Positions 58,661 to 64,000 of a stretch of 64,000 nt of DNA are shown one piece after another. The stretch is taken from assembly GCA_050951545.1 (NCBI GenBank), contig JBMNJG010000011.1:224001-288000 (forward strand). Direction: 5' to 3'. The notes beneath the pieces were generated by a model. The model was not told where the DNA came from and ran no database searches. It saw only the letters and a program-made list of their open reading frames with translations. Made by a program: the position numbers and the translations under genes. Within the stretch, counting starts at the first letter, position 1, and every line of letters begins with the position of its first letter. The DNA comes from Limnochordia bacterium. GTDB taxonomy: Bacteria > Bacillota > Limnochordia > DTU080.

Positions 58661-59786
58661 GTGTATGACGTATCGCAGCTAAGGGAGAGTCTGCAGAGCC
58701 AGCGGCAGCGTCTGGCTGAAATGAAGGTGTATCTTTGACGTAGCAGCTGCGCAACAGAGTCTGGAGCGGCTCGAAGAGGTAATGGGATCTCCTGAGTTCT
58801 GGAGCAATCAGGACGAGGCACAGAAGGTGGTTCGCGAGGCTAGCCTGCTGAAGCAGCGCATTGAGAGCTGGAGTGCTGTCCGCGTTGAACAGGAGGATGT
58901 AGAGATCCTTCTGGAACTGGCGGAGGAAGAAGACGACGATCAGGCATGGCAAGAGGTTGCCGAAGCACTCGAGAAGCTCACCGCAGGGATTGATCACCTC
59001 GAGCTGTCTAGTCTGCTCAACGGGAAGTACGATGGGGCTAACGCACTGCTATCCATCCATCCCGGGGCCGGGGGCACCGAGTCGCAGGACTGGGCTCAGA
59101 TGCTGCTTCGCATGTACAGCCGATGGGCCGAAGAACAGGAGTATCAGGTTGAGACATTGGATTACCTCCCCGGCGATGAAGCAGGGATTAAGAGCGTGAC
59201 CCTGCATATCAAGGGGCTCAATGCCTTCGGTTATCTGCAGGCAGAGAAGGGAGTGCATCGGCTGGTGCGCATTTCGCCTTTCGACGCATCCGGCCGCAGA
59301 CATACCTCGTTCGCGTCGGTGGACGTCATGCCCGAGGTCGACGATCTTGGTGAGATTGAGATTGACCTCGGCGATCTGAAGATTGACACTTTCCGTTCCA
59401 GTGGTGCGGGTGGACAGCATGTCAACAAGACAGAGTCAGCCATACGGTTGACGCACATTCCAACCGGAATTGTGGTCTCGTGCCAAAGCGAGCGTTCGCA
59501 GCACTCCAATCGTGAAGCGGCCATGCGCGTGTTGCGGGCCAAACTACTGGAGCGCAAAATCCAGGATCAGGAGGCCAAACTGGCAGAGATTCGTGGCGAG
59601 CAACGAGAGATTGCTTGGGGTAGTCAGATCCGTTCGTACGTGTTCTGTCCTTACACCATGGTGAAGGATCACCGGACGGATATGGAAGTCGGAAACGTGG
59701 AAGCTGTGATGGACGGAGAGATCAGCCCCTTCATCGAAGCTTATCTGCAGTGGAAGGCCCGTGGGCGAGGGCAGGTCACATCATAG
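58661..59786 (+). CDS. prfB: Peptide chain release factor 2 (programmed +1 frameshift)
   Basis: GTG at 58661 opens 25 codons ending CTT TGA C at 58733-58739; the +1 frame continues to the SPF and GGQ motifs. Confidence 0.97.
58725..58739 (+). promoter_or_regulatory. prfB +1 frameshift signal
   Basis: AGGTG-TAT-CTT-TGA-C: internal SD-like element, 3-nt spacer and slippery stop. Confidence 0.93.
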
Positions 59787-59850
59787 TGAATGAGGGGCGC
59801 TCAAGGCCATGATGCAGGAAAAGAAGATTCCCTGGGGGGGAGGCTGGCCG

Positions 59851-60594
59851 ATGCGCAGCGCGATCGCCTTGCTGGTAGCGCTGATGGTAGCGTTTGGGGG
59901 TAGCCAGGCTTTTCTGCCGCGTATGGTAGAGCAGCGCCTCGCGATTGGCATCGGCAAGTCAATGGGTCCTGCGGAACGCGTGAGCGTGCAGGTGATGGCT
60001 TTTCCTGCTCTTCAGCTTCTGGCTGGCCGGCTGCAGCGCTTGACGGTGGATGTGCGTCAGGTTGAACTTGATGGGTTGAAGGTGGAGGCGTTTCTCGTTG
60101 ATGCCCAGAATCTAGTGATCGACGCCCAGAAGCTTCGGCGTGGAGAAGGAGTCCAAGTGCGGGCGGCTGACTCATTGCGTGTGAGTGCAGTGATCGCAGA
60201 AGAGGATCTTAACGCCTTTTTCTGGTCCAAGCTCGATCCGTCGCGGGCGTTCAGTATTGAGTTGGAACCCGATGTGGCGCGGCTACGGGGGAGTGTGAGC
60301 TTTCTCGGCCACAGCATCGGTCTCACTGTGAACGGACATTTCGAGGTAGTACAGCCCACACAGGTTAGCTTCGTCGTAGATGAGGTGAAGGTGGAGAAGA
60401 TGAGCCTGCCACGCTTTCTGATGGAAAGCCTGGCTAAGCGCTGGTCTGTCCAGATTGATCTGGCTCAGTCAGCCGTGCCCCTGGAGATCAGCGATGTGAG
60501 AGTGGGGCGGGAGCGTTTGTTCATCTATGGTCGGCGTCCAGCTGATCTTCCTCATGCAGGTGCACAGGGAGACGCTGTAAATGTAGGGAGATGA
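59851..60594 (+). CDS. DUF2993/LmeA-family protein
   Basis: N-terminal TM/signal; AFPALQLLAGR, EEDLN; ATG after GGAGG. Confidence 0.7.
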   Translation: MRSAIALLVALMVAFGGSQAFLPRMVEQRLAIGIGKSMGPAERVSVQVMAFPALQLLAGRLQRLTVDVRQVELDGLKVEAFLVDAQNLVIDAQKLRRGEGVQVRAADSLRVSAVIAEEDLNAFFWSKLDPSRAFSIELEPDVARLRGSVSFLGHSIGLTVNGHFEVVQPTQVSFVVDEVKVEKMSLPRFLMESLAKRWSVQIDLAQSAVPLEISDVRVGRERLFIYGRRPADLPHAGAQGDAVNVGR

Positions 60595-62634
60595 GTGGCG
60601 ATGGCGAATCCGCTGAGACGCGTCTATGCAGTCATCATGCTTCTTTCGGTGCTATCTGCGGCCGGGATCGCGGTTTCCCGCTTGTCGGTAGAGCGGGCGA
60701 ACAACACTGTCGGGATCATGGTGGACTACTATGCGACGCGTGATCTAAGCGCCCAGACTAGCAGGTCGCTTTCTGAGACACTTCAGGCGCTCAAAGAGGC
60801 AGGGGCCTGGGGAGTTGGGCTTGAGGAATTGACGGTGGACCGAGCGGCACGCGAAGGCCTGTTAATGCTCTTTGACGGGCTGGAAGCTGGGCCAGCGTTG
60901 CAGGCCATGGGCTTAGGCGTACTGCCTGTGCGGGAGTCCAGCGCTTATGTCGTCTGGTGGCCAGCTACGACGCCACAGTGGTTTGCTCATGCCCTGAGGA
61001 TGCATCTATGGCCCTGGGCGCAGGAGACTGCAAATGGCCGGGGGCTGCTTGTCTGGGAGATCCCTGCAGGCGATCCGGGAGAAGGTCAGGCCAACCGGCC
61101 AGTAGTCGCAGCAACGGTGGGTAACCTGGGTCTAGGATTGTCAGAGACAGCCGTGCGCCTTATTCGGCAGGCCGGGCTGCAAGTGATACCTCGATTCCGA
61201 CATGATCCCACGCTGAACGAGCAGCAGGTGCGATGGCGGCTGAGGCAGGTCGATTCGCCCCTCTACGACGGGGTGCCGGTCGTCTTCGCTGGTCAGAGAA
61301 TTCCTGGCTCACCCGACCTGTTGCCGGAGTGGATCTCAGGTCTTCAGACGAGGCGTCTACCGCTGGGCTTGATTGAGTTTGCGCCGCAACCCGGTGACAA
61401 GGAGCTGGCGAGGGCTCTGGGGTACCAGGGCATCAGATTGCACACTATCAACGCTCTGGAGTTGCTCAAGATCGATCCGCAAGTTGCTGTAGAGAGATGG
61501 CGGCGGGCGGTAAGGGAACGCGATGTGCGTCTATTGTACGTGCGGCCGCTACCAGCCCAGAACCCCTTTGTGAAACGTAGTGTCGACGAGTCCATACCGC
61601 CGGAAGTGATCTTGATGCAAAGGAATCTGGAGTATGTGCAGCAGATCGCTCAGGCAGTTCGCAGGGATGGTTTTGGCATAGGAAGACCAGCACCATTCCG
61701 TCCGTTGGTCTATCCGTGGCTGCTGCTATGTTTTGCGGCAGCAGGGATTGCTCTGGGGAGTTGGTTGCTGTTGGCTCGCGCCGTGTACCTGCCAGAGGGG
61801 TATGGCCCTTGGTTGGCGGCTGGCGTGGCAGTTGTTTTCGCCGTCGGTTACCTTTTGGGCTACGGCTCGTTGCTGTGTAAGGTCTTGGCTCTGGTAGCCG
61901 CGGTGATCTTTCCTACTCTAGGGATAAAGTGGGCCAGTGATGTGGCCGGCGCCCGCCACGGAGTCCTGAAAGGATACTGGCTGGCGAGCGCAGTCTCCTT
62001 GCTTGGTGCGCTGCATGTGGTGGCCATGCTCAGTGACGTACGCTTCATGCTGAAAGTAGACCAGTTTGTCGGCGTCAAGCTGGCGCATGTGGCTCCGCCA
62101 GCTCTTATTGTGTTGGGCATTTTGCTTGGGCCGTTGCCGCTTGCCCTGGGGCGGGGTGGCGATGGCTGGCAGAAGCTGCGCAATCTGGCCGCGACGCAGG
62201 TGCCCGTCAGAATCCTGGGCGGTGTGGCACTGATTGGGCTAGTGGGCTTGGTATATGTCATGCGTACTGGCAACGACCTTTTGCCCGTCCTTACGCTCGA
62301 GCAGGCCGTGAGGCGACTGCTGGAAGGGTGGCTGGTCGTGAGACCGCGGAGTAAGGAGTTGTTCTTTGGACACCCGTTGCTGGTCGCGGCCTTGCATCAG
62401 AAAGGGTTGGGGCGGCGTAGAGTGGGAGCGTGGCTGATGGTCGGCGCTGTGATAGGCCAACTCTCTATCTTGAATACCTTCTCGCACATCCACACCCCGT
62501 TGCTGGTGAGCATGTGGCGCACCCTGTTGGGCCTTGTGCTCGGGTTTGCTTTGGGCTGGGGTGTGGTAAGGCCTGTGGTAGCCTGGTTCGTGGCCAGAGT
62601 AGGCGAGGGAAGACGGAGCGAGATAGGTGCCTGA
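60595..62634 (+). CDS. DUF5693-family membrane protein (csaB-associated)
   Basis: RAVRERDVRLLY, FVGVKL, RPRSKELFFGHP, NTFSHIHTP. Alternative start ATG at 60601. Confidence 0.8.
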   Translation: MAMANPLRRVYAVIMLLSVLSAAGIAVSRLSVERANNTVGIMVDYYATRDLSAQTSRSLSETLQALKEAGAWGVGLEELTVDRAAREGLLMLFDGLEAGPALQAMGLGVLPVRESSAYVVWWPATTPQWFAHALRMHLWPWAQETANGRGLLVWEIPAGDPGEGQANRPVVAATVGNLGLGLSETAVRLIRQAGLQVIPRFRHDPTLNEQQVRWRLRQVDSPLYDGVPVVFAGQRIPGSPDLLPEWISGLQTRRLPLGLIEFAPQPGDKELARALGYQGIRLHTINALELLKIDPQVAVERWRRAVRERDVRLLYVRPLPAQNPFVKRSVDESIPPEVILMQRNLEYVQQIAQAVRRDGFGIGRPAPFRPLVYPWLLLCFAAAGIALGSWLLLARAVYLPEGYGPWLAAGVAVVFAVGYLLGYGSLLCKVLALVAAVIFPTLGIKWASDVAGARHGVLKGYWLASAVSLLGALHVVAMLSDVRFMLKVDQFVGVKLAHVAPPALIVLGILLGPLPLALGRGGDGWQKLRNLAATQVPVRILGGVALIGLVGLVYVMRTGNDLLPVLTLEQAVRRLLEGWLVVRPRSKELFFGHPLLVAALHQKGLGRRRVGAWLMVGAVIGQLSILNTFSHIHTPLLVSMWRTLLGLVLGFALGWGVVRPVVAWFVARVGEGRRSEIGA

Positions 62635-63802
62635 GGTGCCAGGCGGTCCTCGGATCGTTGTTTCGGGCTACTACGGGTTTGGCAACATCGGTGATGAGGC
62701 GTTGTTGGCCGGACTGCTGACAGGCATGCGCGAGGCGGCCCCAGAGGTGTCGCCAGTGGTCTTGAGTGCGGATCCGACTGCGACCACTGCCGTACACGGT
62801 GTGGAGGCGGTGAATCGTAGTAGCCTCTCACTGGTCTGGCGTGCATTGCACAACTCACAAGGGCTGTTGAGTGGCGGCGGAAGTCTTCTCCAGGATGTGA
62901 CGAGTAGGCGTAGCATCTACTACTATTTGTCGGTAATGGCCCTGGCGCAGCTTCTACGCCGTCCTTACTGTCTCTATGGTCAAGGGATAGGTCCTATCGG
63001 GAGGTCTGCAGCTCAATGGGCGACGCGTCTCGTGTTGCAGGGGAGCCGCGGAGTCTGGGTGCGTGACAGAGCGTCATTAACGCTGGTTAGGGAGCTTGGA
63101 GCGAGGCCAGTGCAGCTATCAGTTGTGGGCGACCCTGCCTTCTTGCTGCCGCCAGTCTCCAGTGGCGAGGCAGATGCGCTAGGCCCGGCTGATGGACAGC
63201 GCCCCGTCTGGGTGATCGCCGTGCGTCCTTGGGGGGACGAAGCGGGTTGGTTACCCAATCTGGTGACAGCTCTCGGCAAGGCAGCGACAGAAGCCGAAGC
63301 CTCACTTGTTTTTTTGCCTATGCATCAGAGAACAGACGCTATCCTGTCCGAGAAGATGGCCCAGCAGATCCGCAATGTGTACGGCGTGCCAGTTGACGTG
63401 GCAGAGGCATGTTCTTTTCACGGGGCGCGTCAGCTACTTGCATGCGCTGACATGGTACTAGCCATGCGCTTGCACGCGCTCATGCTGGCGGTGGCCAGTG
63501 TGGTACCGAGTGTGGCGATCAGCTATGACCCCAAGGTGGAGGCTTTTGCCTCGGAAGTTGGCTTGCCTTGGATCGCGTTGGGTGCCCTTAAGGCGTCATC
63601 AGGGGCCTGTCAGCTGCGCCAGATGATCGTCGCGGCTTGGCGAGCGAGTCAAGAGGTCACTTGCCAGTTAAAGAGGCATGCTGGAGAGCAGCGAAAAGCT
63701 GCCAGTCAAGGCCTTGTGGCGGCATTAGGTGCACTCGGGGTGATCCCGGATCGGCCGAAGGAGAGGGCGGGGCAGAGTGGGACAAGGTGTGACCGAACGT
63801 GA
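62627..63802 (+). CDS. csaB: Polysaccharide pyruvyl transferase CsaB
   Basis: SGYYGFGNIGDEA, SGGGSLLQDVTS, QGIGP, VRD, MRLHA, YDPKV. Confidence 0.93.
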   Translation: MPEVPGGPRIVVSGYYGFGNIGDEALLAGLLTGMREAAPEVSPVVLSADPTATTAVHGVEAVNRSSLSLVWRALHNSQGLLSGGGSLLQDVTSRRSIYYYLSVMALAQLLRRPYCLYGQGIGPIGRSAAQWATRLVLQGSRGVWVRDRASLTLVRELGARPVQLSVVGDPAFLLPPVSSGEADALGPADGQRPVWVIAVRPWGDEAGWLPNLVTALGKAATEAEASLVFLPMHQRTDAILSEKMAQQIRNVYGVPVDVAEACSFHGARQLLACADMVLAMRLHALMLAVASVVPSVAISYDPKVEAFASEVGLPWIALGALKASSGACQLRQMIVAAWRASQEVTCQLKRHAGEQRKAASQGLVAALGALGVIPDRPKERAGQSGTRCDRT

Positions 63803-64000
63803 TACGGCAAGCGTGCTAGGCGTCGCTGTAGATCGCTTGTCGATGCGCGGAGCTATATCGAGAGTCGGTTCTCTGATAATGAGGGAAGGCCGTGAGCAGC
63901 AGGGATACGAGACGGCTCATGTGGTGACTGCCAACAGTGAGATCATCATGATGGCCAAAGAGCAGTCTGATTTCGCGGAGATCCTTGCGCGAGCGGCGCT
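63789..64000 (+). CDS. tagA: WecB/TagA/CpsF-family glycosyltransferase, 3'-partial
   Basis: Hand translation MTERDTASVLGVAVDRLSM...AHVVTANSEIIMMA...FAEILARA runs off the window; follows csaB. Confidence 0.8.
   Translation, partial: MTERDTASVLGVAVDRLSMRGAISRVGSLIMREGREQQGYETAHVVTANSEIIMMAKEQSDFAEILARAA

Noticed and set aside
58661-58781. prfB as a pseudogene or assembly frameshift
   Set aside because: It has the canonical CTT-TGA-C recoding site with an upstream SD-like element.

Overview
A GC-rich chromosomal segment of a Bacillota (Firmicutes) bacterium. Evidence for the taxon is a SAM-I riboswitch, degS/degU, comFA/comFC, long-form hpf, secA-prfB and csaB-tagA. Two predicted outer-membrane beta-barrel proteins suggest a diderm lineage such as Limnochordia (inference). 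Most of the window is housekeeping or metabolic: an HD phosphohydrolase, aspartate aminotransferase, metK, mtnP, recD2, panG-like/panBCD, xylB, comF genes, csrA, hpf, secA, prfB with its programmed +1 frameshift, and csaB/tagA. There is also a 7-gene extended carbohydrate ABC cluster. I saw no IS element, integrase, prophage, CRISPR array, rRNA or tRNA. The most interesting elements are: (1) a three-gene surface-structure locus at 7.8-13.4 kb (WxL/Csu-like pilin, triple-Ig chaperone, and a 1240-aa protein fusing a copy of the pilin domain to Ig modules and a probable beta-barrel); (2) a downstream signalling block with a CHASE2 adenylate cyclase, FecR, Crp, DegS/DegU, an orphan CpaE and a stand-alone LuxR, containing a candidate sRNA with a C-rich loop; (3) a raiA-motif structured ncRNA with its own promoter, lying between csrA and a double zinc-ribbon gene where Bacillus has flagellar genes; (4) a full-length GH38-fold protein that appears to have lost its catalytic residues. 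All calls come from motif recognition by eye; no searches were run.
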